A stretch of 64,000 nucleotides of DNA, taken from positions 55,017,216 through 55,081,215 of the forward strand of contig NC_086385.1 in assembly GCF_036588685.1 (NCBI RefSeq), given 5' to 3'. Origin of the DNA: Mytilus trossulus (taxonomy: Eukaryota). Positions within the stretch are counted from its first letter, which is position 1; every line of letters starts with the position of its first letter. The notes below the pieces were generated by a model. It was not told the DNA's origin and searched no databases. It saw nothing but the letters and a program-made list of their open reading frames with translations. A program made the position numbers and the translations under genes. This document shows, piece by piece, positions 1 through 12,410 of this stretch.

Positions 1-883
1 TGCGTGTGTTACATTTTGATGTTGTTTCAATGTTCTCCTCTGATATTTAATGCGTATTCCTAAGTTTTAATTTGTTACCCCGATTTTGTTTTGTTGTCCA
101 TTGATTTACGAGTTTTGAACAGCGGTATACCACTGTTGCCTTTATTTAAATCAGTAGAAAACAACAATATATTGTCGAAAACACACCCAATATGTTGAAA
201 ACATTATTGATTAACAACAAGTCGGGATTTTACTAATATTAGCAACACGACAGAGTCATATGTGTAGCATGATCTGTGTTCCGTACTGGAGCAAGCACCT
301 GCTATCCTCCTCCGTTTTTTATGAGGTTTGTTTTGCGCAGTCATTAGAGTTTCCTGTTGTGTTTTTGCATACGGGTGTTTGTTACTTGTCCATGTTGTTC
401 GTTTTCCTCGGGGTAATTTCATATCATGTCAGTTTCTTTTCTAAATGAGTTGCAATTTTCTTGTGGTATTCTTTGCTTCTGTTATAAGATGAGTCTGATA
501 AAGAAAAGCATAATGATTGTAATGACAATAACTTTTTTTAAGGATTTTGCAATAGTAATGTTATTGTATTTAAATAAAAAGCCTCGGTGTCAACACAAAT
601 GCGTTTCGTTAGGCCTAAAGGGAAATACAAGAATGCTGATACGTTATATTATAGAAATAAGTCAAATATAGACAAATACTTCCAATGACCTCAATTTAAC
701 TTGAATAATTTACTCCAAATTTTTGTATGTGTTTGATATTGTATTTTGCCATTTGATTAGGGACTGTATCACTTTTAAACAATTCTAAGCGTGTCCAACT
801 CTTTCTTTAAAAAAGGCTCTGGCATTAACGATAAGGGAAGTATCCGATGTGTGTAGATATTTGCCAATTTTTCGCCCCGTATG

Positions 884-1125
884 AATAAACTCATCATAGA
901 TACCAGGACTAAATTTAGTATATACGCCAGACGCCCGTTTCGTCTACAAAAGACTCATCAGTGACACTCGAATCCAGAAGAGTTAAGAAGGCTAAATAAA
1001 TAACGAAGTTGAAGAGCATTGAGGACCAAAATTCCTAAAAGTTTTTCCAAATACAGCTAAGGTCATCTATGCCTGAGGTAGAAAAGCCTTAGTATTTCAA
1101 AAAATTAAAAAAAATTTAAACAGTA
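884..1125 (-). mobile_element. Retrozyme fragment with an intact type I hammerhead (924-968)
   Basis: Minus strand reads gtgtca-CTGATGA-gtct-tttgt-agac-GAAAC-gggc-GTC-tggcgt. Confidence 0.85.
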
Positions 1126-1609
1126 AATAAAGGTTTAATTTTGACGACTTATGCGTAGAACATATTTTAGATTTCTCATATCATTTGTTGTCCATTCGTT
1201 TGATGTGTTGTGTTATTTGATTCTCCTCAGAGTTCAGTATTTTTGTGATTTCACTTTTAATTTGTAGCGTGTGCATGTCTGGTAAAAGCTTCACACATCT
1301 TTTTTCAGTGTAGTCATGCTTGTCTCTTGACTTTGGTCGTGCTCTTTCACTTTAAGCACCGTTTTATGTATACTTAATTTTTATAATTTTACTATTTCGA
1401 GCATTCAAATTATAGTTGCCTTCTCTGACTTCATTTGTGTCCTTTTAGTGCTGAATTTACAGTTTGACTAGTGTTGACGGTCACTTGAGTATCTATAGAT
1501 GCTAATATATAGGTTATTGAGATATCTTTGTCTGAAAAAAGTCGTATGGACATAATTAACACATGTACTAGTCATATATTATAAATAATTATTTGACATG
1601 TGTTAAAAA

Positions 1610-1651
1610 GTAAAAGAAAGCAAACACTCAGATGTTAGTATTCAGTTTATT
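1610..1651 (-). terminator. Poly(A) signal and cleavage region, copy 1
   Basis: AATAAA (1646-1651, minus) followed by the conserved TGAATACTAACATCTGAG and a U/GU-rich tract. The same block occurs in all four copies. Confidence 0.65.
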
Positions 1652-1922
1652 GACGTTAATAAACGCAACAAAGTAATTTAAACCTCATTGAAAGGTTTTA
1701 TCTGTTTATCATGGAACCTACAGCCTTTGAGTCACGTTCAACTCTTTCCTACAGTGGTAAAACTTCGAACACTTGTATGCCAATTGAATAAAGTAATTGT
1801 AAAATAGAACGACTTTGGTCTTCTTTCTTTTCAATGTTACAATATGAACTGAGCTTACTTTATGTCTTTATTATTAAAGAATAATTAAGATGCAACGTTA
1901 AAGATAACACTCAATCAGGTTG

Positions 1923-2114
1923 TCAAATGCCATTGTCCAGCCCTAATATACTATATAAACATCCTATCTGCTTAGGCATAAGTTTTATCTCATGGTCCAC
2001 AAATATAGCCATGTTCCATCCATTGTCACCAATAGTAAACACCATATTACAAGTTCTTCGTGATTTGCGAAGTCCAGGGTTCAGATTAAAACTAGCAGGT
2101 AATACTACAGACAT
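1923..2114 (-). CDS. Small intronless ORF family, copy 1 (63 aa, MSVVLPASFNLNPGLRKSRRTCNMVFTIG...); unknown function
   Basis: Aligns without gaps to three paralogues (17127-17318, 40318-40521, 54607-54810). Synonymous changes occur at invariant residues (Thr27 is ACT/ACA/ACC). It has a conserved promoter and AATAAA. An in-frame upstream ATG lies at 2177. Confidence 0.75.
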   Translation of the reverse strand: MSVVLPASFNLNPGLRKSRRTCNMVFTIGDNGWNMAIFVDHEIKLMPKQIGCLYSILGLDNGI

Positions 2115-2273
2115 ATTTTCCTGATTGAAATTGATATCAATAATCTTTTTCAATCCTCGATTATAGTTTGAACACATTCAAACAACGTTCTTTCTGTTTC
2201 TTTTAAGTATCAAATGGGATAATTATTTTACAGTTAGATCTAGCTATATACAATTCCTATTGCATTTTTTTCA

Positions 2274-2320
2274 CCTTGATATGTATATAGTGAACAGGCG
2301 TGGTTCCAAATAGGCGTGGT
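2274..2320 (-). promoter_or_regulatory. Putative core promoter of copy 1: twin AGGCGTGGT boxes plus a TATA-like element
   Basis: Boxes at 2296-2304 and 2312-2320 (16-bp period). The TATA is degenerate (CTATATAC / CATATCAAGG). Confidence 0.6.
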
Positions 2321-2659
2321 TTTACTTTTAAGTTAAACATGTAAACTGTTTCAATACATATTTTTATATATGTATAGCAAAATGTCAGGATATTATGATG
2401 AGTCTGTGAATATTAATGTCAATAATAATTATCTCCTCGGCTTTTTATAAAACAATCAATTTTCAGTTTGTTTATCTAACTTTCCAAAATATTTTCTTTA
2501 TTTCAAATAAAAGATCATTAGTGTTTGTGCATACATTTGTATTTTAAGATGTGCATGTATCTGTGCAGTTTTATTTTATTTCATTGCATGTGCAAGGTGT
2601 CACATGCATTACTGATAATGCTAACCTTATTTATCAGATTTTCAGAATTTACAAATTTT

Positions 2660-2840
2660 CCACTGGGTCGATGCTACTGCTGGTGGACGTTCGTCTCCGA
2701 GGGTATAACCAGCCCAGTAGTCAAAACTTCTGGGTTGACATAAATATCAATAATGTAGTAATTTTTATAAACTTCCTGTTTATGAGCGTCACTGATGAGT
2801 CTTATGTAGAATACAATTATAATCCTGGAACCTTTGATTA
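2660..2840 (+). mobile_element. Retrozyme fragment, hammerhead 3' half deleted
   Basis: gagcgtcaCTGATGAgtcttatgtaga is followed by a deletion of GAAAC...GTC. Confidence 0.75.
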
Positions 2841-3427
2841 CAAGTCATAAAGATATTCTTTTTTTTAAATTTGTAATGTAAAATGCTGCATTTAGCAAAA
2901 TTTATATATTTTTTGGCAGAAAAATATTTAACAAACCTTTATGTATATGTCAGATAAAAAAAAATCTGTTGTTGAAAGTCTGAAGTCAGGGTCTTATAAA
3001 ATATTAAGTGACGAGTGTCACAACAAAAGACTAATAGTTAAACTTGTTAGCTTAAATTAATTAATCTATCGATGTCAAATGAATTGATCAGCTTTCAGTT
3101 ACTGTGAGTATTCTTATGTTATTGTAACTTTTGTCTACTCACTGTAGTGTTTGTTGTTAGTGTGGTTGAATCAATATTTGTTTTAAATCAACTTAGTTAA
3201 ACAGTTTCATATTATGTTATCCTGATTTTGTAGTTGCCTTTGAGTCCTGCGTTTTTGTTATACTTTATAACTATTACACCACATCTCCTATAAATGGACG
3301 TATTGAGCATTGGACAAAGGTGTTGTCCACAACACATGTAAGCGTCTGTCCCAAGCAAGGAGTCTGTTATACTGTGGTTGTCGTTGCTACGTGTTTGTAA
3401 AGTTATTGTGGTATAATGTATTGTTGA

Positions 3428-3580
3428 ACAACTTTTTGAAAGTATGGATCCTCAATGCTCTTCCTTTAGTACTTGTTTGGCTTTATGAATATTTAGATTT
3501 GAGCATCACTGATGAGTTTTATGTTGACGAAACGCGCGTTTGGCGTACTTAATTATAATCCTGGTACCTTTGATAACTAT
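3428..3580 (+). mobile_element. Retrozyme fragment with hammerhead (3501-3546; GUU triplet)
   Basis: gcatca-CTGATGA-gttttatgttgac-GAAAC-gcgc-GTT-tggcgt. Confidence 0.8.
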
Positions 3581-4591
3581 TAAAAACAACCCGTTAGTTT
3601 GTGCTTTACTTAAATTTCTGTTAACCGGTCCAGCACAATTTCAGTTTATGTAGGGTTGGTTTTCTCCGTTTTTCAGCTTTTAGTGTGGTTCTATTTATGG
3701 TTGAGACCATAACTGTGTTTGTTTCGCTCTTTTTGTTTTCTTATACGCCAATCAATGTATTTTTCATTCCGTATGGAGATTGGTGATTTGCGAACTAAGA
3801 CAAACACTGCTTGTTACGCCCTAATGACATAAATATTGTATCAAAAACGTCAGCAACCCAATTTTGTACTTTCTCATTTCTATGTTGAAACATTTCAGCA
3901 GGCCTTCACACGGAGTTCATATAAATCTCATAGTTGATATTCGAGGGCTTTGTATGTTGATCATTATTTCCTCGATAGAGTGTTGCTGCTCAAAAGGAAC
4001 ATATTACACCTATTAAACCAAGATTTCCAAGTGGTGAAGTTGAAATAATTTCTTCATTACTCCGGACGCCATCGCGAGTTCGTTGACTGTTATGAATGAA
4101 GAAGGATATGTTCAAACTGTCAAAACATTCATCACAGACCTCTAAAGTGACCTACAAATTCAGACATATCACCGATATCACAAAACTTTGAATAGGGTAA
4201 TTTTTGGTCAGTCTTTTGATTTTGTGTAGTGTTGCTTGTCTGTATCTCCTTAGCCATGGATATTAATTTTGACTTATGAGTTTGAATGTGCAATTTGGTA
4301 ATATTAGGTACACAATTATTTCGTAGTGCAAATCTTTTAGACAATAAATCAAAATTCAAAAGATCTCACCTGTGCTTTCTCAATAAGAATGTTTTACAGT
4401 GTATTGTATTACTTTTTTGACAAATTATATCAAAATTATAGAAAATGTCATCGGCTCTAACTCAAAAAGTGGACAATTTTATGTTAAGGGGTCTTGGAAT
4501 CTTTTGACAGCTTCAGAAGTTCCAATTTGTATATTTTTTTAATTCCTTAACTTGCTATTTGAGGTATAAAACATAAAAATTACATTAAGAT

Positions 4592-5320
4592 ATGGAACGC
4601 CAACACTGTCTTGTTATGACCATTTTCATTATATGATGTGCATTTACCTTTATATGAAGTGCATTTACCTTTATATGCTGTGCCTAAACCTTTAAATGAT
4701 GTGCACTTGTCATTATATGATGTGCAAACACCTTTATATGATGTGCAAATATCCTTATATGATGTGCAAATATCCTTATATGATGTGCATATACCCTTAT
4801 ATGATGTGCAAATATCCTTATATGATGTGCACACATCATTATATTATGTGCACACATCATTATATTATGTGCAAACATACTTATATGATGTGCATATATA
4901 CTTATATGATTTGCAAATATACTTATATGATTTGCAAATATACTTTTATGATGTGCAAACATTCTTATATGATGTGCAAGCATTATTATATGATGTGCAA
5001 ATGTACTTATATTATGTGCAAAGATCCTTATATGATGTGCAAGTATACTTATATGATGTGCAAAGCTCCTTATGTACTGTGTACATATCATTATATGAGG
5101 TGCAGTTTCCCTTATATTACGTGCAAACATCTTTATATGATGTGGTTGTGTCATTATATTATGTGCTTGTAATCTTATATGACGTGGTAAGGTTTACTTC
5201 ATTATGTGATGTCGAAACGTCATTATATGATGTGCTTTCATCGTCGTTATGGTCAATGAACATGATTACGATTAGAATGATTACTGTCTACGTCATAGCT
5301 GAGTCCGATCTGCTTCTGTA
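4592..5320 (+). mobile_element. Non-autonomous element with an internal 21-bp minisatellite (ttatatgatgtgcaaatatcc)n
   Basis: Unique ends (atatggaacgccaacactgtc...; ...ccgatctgcttctg) and the array are shared with an inverted copy at 11128-11774. Confidence 0.75.
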
Positions 5321-5863
5321 AACTATTAACCCGGCTCAAATATGTGTCTATCGATAGCGAAAGTACAATTTATAGGAAAAATGAGACAAAGCAATTTAAC
5401 AAAATCAACGTTTAAAACATTTCGGTTGAAGATTAAGATCAGTTAATACAGGAGCTAGTTGAAGAGATTCCCGGCTGTGGAGAAAATGATAAAACAAATT
5501 TAAGAACTTTTTATAGCTTGATATTCGGTTTAAGCATAGGCTCCGTGTTAAAGGTCGAACTATGACCTATTATAATTGTTTCCTCTTACAAATTATGACT
5601 TAGATGGAGAGTTGTCTCAATGGCTCTCAAACCACATCTGCTTTTTTCTATTCATTGCAAAAGACACCATTAAAATCTTAGTCAGTTTCAAAAATATTTC
5701 ATAACAATAGCTATAAAATTAACTACTGATGCATAATATGGCGAGATGGTTTGTTTTATAAAATGTTATTGAATAATATTTAACTGTAAATGGTAAGATG
5801 TATAATGTAGTATTGAGTATGTACAATGATATATATTAGATCTGGTATATAATATAATCTATG

Positions 5864-5906
<43 letters not shown>

Positions 5907-7029
5907 TAAACCATACAAAGTCGGAAATATTTGTGATATGACGTTTACACGTAGTGTTTTTTTACCTTTGATTTGTCTTTGAACCAATCTTTTTTCACAG
6001 AAAACGCCTGGCCAGTTATGTGAGAAAATATTTATCAAATTTCGAAGACTGTAAGCTTAGTCGACGTAGTGCCCGCGAAATGCAAAATGGCTATGTGGAT
6101 ATTATAAAAAGAAAAGAAAAAGTGGTATCCTTGCTAATGAGACAACTCTCCACAACAGACCAAATGACACATAAATTAATAACTATAGGTCACCGTACGG
6201 TCTTTAACAATGAGCACACATTGGCATATACAGATTGTTTATCTTCAACTTATTTTAATGGAGATTGTTTTAATTGCTAATAAAATTCTGAAACATGAGT
6301 ACTAGTATGTCAACAGATTTGGAGAAGGGTCAACATTTCTGAGATACAAGGGCGTAATTCCTGATGAAGTGTTTAAGATTGAATTTTTCGTCCGACTAGA
6401 TCGGATTTTCCCCATTGTGGTACTTATTTTGATCCTTTTCGGTAATGGTAACGGCTTTTATGTAGACGATACAGACTTGAGTTATTGAGTTAAAAGGGGG
6501 GGGGAAAACCACTGAAAATCACACTTTGCAACACTTTTTCAAATTTAAGTTATTAAATACTTTTATTTTCCAACCGAGATGAACGGGATGACGCCCGTCT
6601 TTTGCATTTTGTTCGTCTTTTTCGTCTATTTAAAAAAAAAAAAAGAATAAAAACTATTAACCTTGTCATCACTGTGTCCACCTTATTACTGTGTCATCAC
6701 TCTTTGTTTCAACACTTGCCCACTCGGTGGCATCTCCGTGTGTCATCGGTACAGCGGATATAGGTACTAACCAAGGGGTCGTGATCGATATTTCTTCTGA
6801 CACGGTACACACATCTTTGTTTTGTTTACTTTATATCAATGTATACTTCAATCTAAACATATTTGTTGTTTTAAGAATTGTTTTTAGACGTAGGTTGGTT
6901 ATTAGAGAAGTCTCACTATTTGCCCAAAACAAGAACCCTTACTACAAACATGTGCAAATACTTGTCAAAGAAGTTGGCGCTCGTCTCATCCAATATGATT
7001 CTATATTCATAACTCTTTTTATGAAATAA

Positions 7030-7800
7030 GGCCACTGTTTGTGGGTAATAAGTATAGCTGTTTCAATAATTGGCATTGAAATATTTTATACATATGTTAG
7101 TTTTCGATATTGTATTCCGACAAGAAGCGTTGTGTATAGATGACCACATAAATCCTTCTGTACGGTGCATAATTAAATGAATGTACGGTATATAGTTTTT
7201 CTCGCTTCGAAGTACCTATAAAGCTATATTCTCTCTACCGATGATACATGGTGGTTATTATAATTCGGAATACTTGCTTGTGACAATGGTGTTCGACAAG
7301 GAGAAAACTTATCACCTTTCCTATTTTATTTACTTTTGATTAACTAAAATAATTACTTAGTGACTAAAAATATTACAGGACTTAACAGGTCTATACCAGA
7401 AGATCTGAATAGAGAATCATAAATATATCTTCAGTGTTTTGTAATATTGTTTGCAGATGACACGGTGTTGTTGGCTGAAACAGCAAAGGACCTGCAGACT
7501 CATCTCAATGCTTACCATGATTATTGTAACGCTTGGAACTTGAAAGTAAAGTTGACAAAATTAAAGTCTTAGTGGGGTTTTTTTTATGACGGAAGCCAAA
7601 AATCTCTGATTTTCTTACAATGATACTAGCATTGAGATGATAATACAATATAACTATTTGGGAATTGTTGTAATTTTAATGGGAAATTTTAATATGACAA
7701 ACAACATTTATCCGATAAGCCCTTAAGCCATGTACGAAAACTTAAAAACAGGAAAGATGTATAAGATTTCTCTAAAATGTCAACTTCAGCTTGTTCGTTT
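7030..7800 (+). mobile_element. Degenerate non-LTR RT fragment (clade uncertain)
   Basis: GVRQGENLSPF at 7288-7320, LFADDT at 7447-7464, then YC..WNLKV. Confidence 0.75.
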
Positions 7801-7979
7801 ATAAAAAAATATATAAACACGTGCGTTTATCCTCCAGCTGGCTTAGTAATTTTGAAACCTCTCTCTCTTGTTTTGTATATACTGTAAATAGTTTTTATTT
7901 TTATCTCTGTATACTGATGTTATACAGTGACTTTGTGAGCTTAAATATTTAGATTTAGAGGCCATAAGTATACCGGCAT

Positions 7980-8215
7980 GGATGATTGATTGACTGTTAT
8001 GTAGCGCCACTTTCAACACTTTCATGCTATTTTGTGGCGGTGAGTTTATACTGGTGGAGAAAGCCGAGGTGCCTGGAGAGACCGCCTGACCTTCGTTTAG
8101 AAAACAAACAATTTTGGTCAATTAAGATTGGAGTCGAGCTTACCTGCCACGTGCTGAATTTTAAATTGCACACCTAAGTGTTGACATGGTAGTGATACAG
8201 CAGTTCGACTACTTA
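7980..8215 (-). mobile_element. SINE with a V-domain-like core and (CAAT)n tail
   Basis: Minus strand reads ggtctctccaggcacctcggctttctccacc...gttgaaagtggcg, ending in caatcaatc. Confidence 0.6.
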
Positions 8216-8599
8216 TAAAAAAGAAGATGTGGTATGACTGCTAAAGAGACAACTCTTCACAAGAGGTCAAAATGACACAGAAGTTAACAATTATAGGTCA
8301 CCGTACGGCCTTTAACAATGATGAAAGCCCATACCGCATAGTCAGCTATAAAAGGCCCCGAAATGACAATGTAACCACTCGAACGCCTAGCGCCAATCAC
8401 TTTCACCCGAAATGGATTAAAGGAGATATGGAATGAACCTGAACTCGGTGCATTACATTCACGTGCAGCTTTTTATCATGTTTTTGTGCATATATTTCAC
8501 AGTTTCAACTATAATATATGATTATTGTGGATTCATGAGGTCCAGCGGCAAATTGATATATGCATATTCGTACAAGAACATGTTAATGTGATATGAATA

Positions 8600-8885
8600 T
8601 TATCCCTGTTTAGTACTAGACCGACACCCTGAGCCGGATTTTTTAACATGATAGTTCAAAAGGTAGCATTCCGAAGGAAGACATTTATGTCACCTTACCC
8701 GGACACATTTTTCTAATTTTGAGCCTACCAGCTTTTGCTCTTACTCCTTAATCCCGCGTGCTTAGCTGGGAAGCAGCATGTACATACGAATTTTAAAGTC
8801 TTTGGTTTTGACCCGGCCGGGGTTCGAACCCACGACCTCCCTCACTTTAGGAGAACATGCTACTACGAAAGTACCACCACTAGAC
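8600..8885 (-). mobile_element. tRNA-derived SINE with a Meta-domain-like core
   Basis: B box GGTTCGAACCC followed by ggtcaaaaccaaagactttaaaatt...tgcttcccagctaagcacgc. Confidence 0.7.
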
Positions 8886-11127
8886 ATGCAGTAACCCGCA
8901 ATATAAAAGGTTTCGTGGGTAGCCGCTCGTATACTAGTATACACCTCTAGACTCAATCAAACAGGGCTAACGTACCGACCATTGATATTTTTATGTGTGT
9001 GTGGGCGGGGGGAGTTATTTTGTAAATGTTTGATTCTAAATTTAAAGAGATGTTATCTATATCAGAAGGGAAGCGAAATAGTTTGTTTCCATTTAAAACG
9101 AGGAAAAAATAAAACAATGATGAAACTTAAAAAAAAACATAAACCATGTTTTAGAAAGAAAAAAAATTTCTAACAAGGAAAAACACGTGCTCCTTCCCTC
9201 ACATGTACACTAGAGTCAATGTCTAACACTTTTATTAATATGTATTAATATATAATGTACATATCATCTGTTTAAGCTTTGGATACAAGAATCTGACATT
9301 TTACCTTCTGTCCTTGTATATATTAATTCAGCCAATGAAATTTCAGCCTTCACAATTTTGAAGGTGTGTATCAATCCGACAAAACCAGAGAATTGATCGT
9401 TTTTAGATCGACTTAATCAGACAATATCTGTTACCTGGTGTCTAAATGAACTTAAAACACTGCATTTATTTATTTATATTTTACTAAGACCTGTTGTTCT
9501 CTTACAGATAGAGAGTGGTGTTTTGATTTTTTCAAATTGAAGATTTACGGCAGCGGCTTTTTATATGTTGCGTTTATCCTGGAAACATAATAGATCTGAA
9601 AAAAAAGGTTAAAAGATGTCGAAATATTTAACTTGGATACTCCATAAAGACATGGCCCCGGGGCTATAACAAACAGAAAACTTACTAATGACCACACACC
9701 CACTTTATAAAGGCAAGATACATTGAAAAAGGAAATGCAAACAAAAGTCAGACCTTCTTAATTATCCTCATCAGCCAAAACAAATTAGGCAGTTAGTATT
9801 CTCGTCTAAATTGTTTAACATTTCGGGCCTTTTATAGCAGACTATGCGGTATGGAAATTGCTTTTGAAGTGTCCTATAGTTGTTAATTTCTGTGTCATTT
9901 TGGTCTCTTGTAGAGAGTTGTCTCATTCGCAATCATAGCACATCTTTTTCTTCTTTTTTTTTCAATCATTTAACAAGACATCAAATTGTTATGTTGTGTT
10001 ATTGTTGCTTCTATAATTCTTCTAAAAAATTAAAAATTGTTCATGTAATTAAAATTTTGTTCAAATTCAATGGAATTTTGTATTTGCACCGGCTTGAAAA
10101 AATAAAACCATATAAAGAAGCAACTTCGAAAATCTCTGTACTTTAAGCGGCATTTCACATGAGTAGAATATGAGATCAACGTTGAAACTTTCCGTGGAAC
10201 AATGTCAAAATCGTCGTTTTAATACGAACGTCGTGTAACACTAAGTGGCCCCAATACCGTGCGTAAAGTTTGTCAAATCAAAGAACTGAAGTATGACAGT
10301 TGTTTGCGACTTCAGGGAACTAAGTTTGGATTTGCCTTTTGTGGTTTCATTAATATTTAACACACCTTCATTCAATAATAGCATCAGATGAAAAATTCTC
10401 TGCTATTAGAAATTGTTGAAACTAAATTTTCAGGTTTTGACAATTTAGGTGAGCGGAACGAGACGAACATATTGATGCCTACGGTTGACAAAGAACTCGC
10501 CATAGCATTATACCGCGGCAAATTTATAACTATGTAAAATTGAATGCCACTTTTCCATTCCAAAAATGATAAAATTAAAGGCCCCCTTTTTTTCTTCCTA
10601 TCTCCTCTTTTTTTGGTTACAAATGACCGGTTCCTTATATGAGCCGTTACTCTACCAGAGTCTGATTTTTTTCCCAATTGTTTATGTCTATCTTGAGAAT
10701 ATATAATGAGAAACTCGAACAGTTGAAATGATCAGCAAGGGTATATTAACATAAATGAAAATACTAAAATTCGTGTATTAACTTCTTATAGAGAAAAATG
10801 CTAACGTTAGGTATACCGAAATTGACAAATATAATGCCTTCCCTCGTTAAAACAATCATAGAGCATGATGACATAATTTTATTTTTTTTTAATTTAATAA
10901 CCTGAACCGTATTGTAACTCCGTATGTTTATTCCTTAAAGACCCGTCGATTTAAACAAAACTTTGCAATTCATATATATTTTTACAATTTTCCAACAATA
11001 TCAGATATAACTTTTTGCATCTTAAAACGAGGTACTAACATGCCAAGGTTTATCTCAAGTCTCAACCTTTTTTCCAAACAGTAGCTACAGATTTGATCCT
11101 AATTTATTTAGTAGTAACGGTAACTCT

Positions 11128-11774
11128 GCAGAAGCAGATCGGAATCAGTTATGACGTAGACAGTAATCATTCTAATCGTAATCATGTTCATTGACCATAA
11201 CGACGATGAAAGCACATCATATAATGACGTTTCGACATCATATAATGAAGTAAATAAAACCACATAATATAAGATTACAAGCCCATAATATAATGACACA
11301 CACACATCATATAAAGATGGCTGCACATAATATAAGGGAAACTGCACATCATATTATGATATGTACACATCATATAAGAATATTTGCACAGCATTTAAGT
11401 ATATTTGCTCACCATATAAGGATCTTTCAATATAATATAAGTATATTTTCACATTATATAAGAATGTTTGCACATCATATAAGTACATTTGCACATCATA
11501 TAAGTATATTTGCACATCATATAAGTATATATGCGCATCATATAACTATGTTTGAACATCAAATAATGATGTTTGCACATCATATAATGATGTTTGCACA
11601 TCATAAAATGATGTTTGCACATCATATAAGGATGTTTGCATATCATATAAAGGTGTTTGCATATCATATGATTGCAAGTGCACATCAGATAATGGTAAAT
11701 GCACATCATATAAAGGTAAATCCACAACATATAATGAAAAATGGGCATAATAAGACAGTGTTGGCGTTCCATAT
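11128..11774 (-). mobile_element. Second, inverted copy of the 21-bp-array element (fewer units)
   Basis: Reverse-complement homology to 4592-5320. Confidence 0.75.
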
Positions 11775-11944
11775 TAAGAAGAGGTATAAAACATATTGCC
11801 AGGTAACAAAACTTTCCACACTAGGAATTATACTAGTGGACAACGAAAACCAATGGACGATAACTGTGTTCCCGGACCTTCTCGTTTAGTTTTACTCTGG
11901 CTCCTTAAAGTACATCCCGCCAATGTTTTATAATGTAAAACATC

Positions 11945-12410
11945 GATCCCTGACTTTTCCTCCTAAGGTTGATACTTTTATTATGTATACATCTTGTCAG
12001 GTTTATATCACGTCCTTGACCTTGTCGAGTTGGTACCATGTTGTAGTATATTGCATGTCTCTTTTCTTCAATCTACGCATTTTTTATCTTCGTTGGTGCG
12101 TATTTCGCACCTCTTTTAATAATTTTACATTTTTTTTCTTATCTCAGTTCTTTGCCGATTGAATTAAAACATAACTGCACATAAACCCACTTCAAAGTGT
12201 AGTGTATATTATTTTTTTTCACATCCGACAGACATGTATTTTTTATGCAAAAACATTTTTAAAAACTGAAATATTCAACACTTAAATTAGATACATGGGC
12301 TGAATGACGTGTGTGACGCCTCTGAAATAAACTCATCAAAAAAATTTAAATATCATAGATTTTTTTTAATCCCGACTTTGTTTTCCGATAAGATTCTTTC
12401 TAAGAAGAAT
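11945..12410. promoter_or_regulatory. Repeated conserved non-coding element (CNE), copy 1, with paired TGACG sites
   Basis: Homologous to five other blocks in the window. TGACGTgtgTGACGC lies at 12305-12319. No conserved ORF. Confidence 0.5.

Noticed and set aside
1911-1925. Selenocysteine or readthrough at the TGA of copy 1 (TGA CAA CCT GAT TGA, aligning to W-Q-S-D-stop in copy 3)
   Set aside because: The aligned residue is Trp, not Cys. Copy 2 lacks the second stop and I see no SECIS. A single TGA/TGG substitution is the simpler explanation.
2115-2135. Splice acceptor ttcaatcag just before the ATG, implying a 5' UTR intron
   Set aside because: That AG is absent in copy 2 and deleted in copy 4, the pyrimidine tract is weak, and a proximal TATA promoter already explains the gene.
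4580-5321. Long ORFs (84-227 aa) in several frames, also at 11108-11889
   Set aside because: By-products of a 21-bp stop-poor tandem repeat, open on both strands.
12004-12081. Short ORF inside the CNE (MRRLKKRDMQYTTTWYQLDKVKDVI)
   Set aside because: Frame and stops are not conserved among the six copies.
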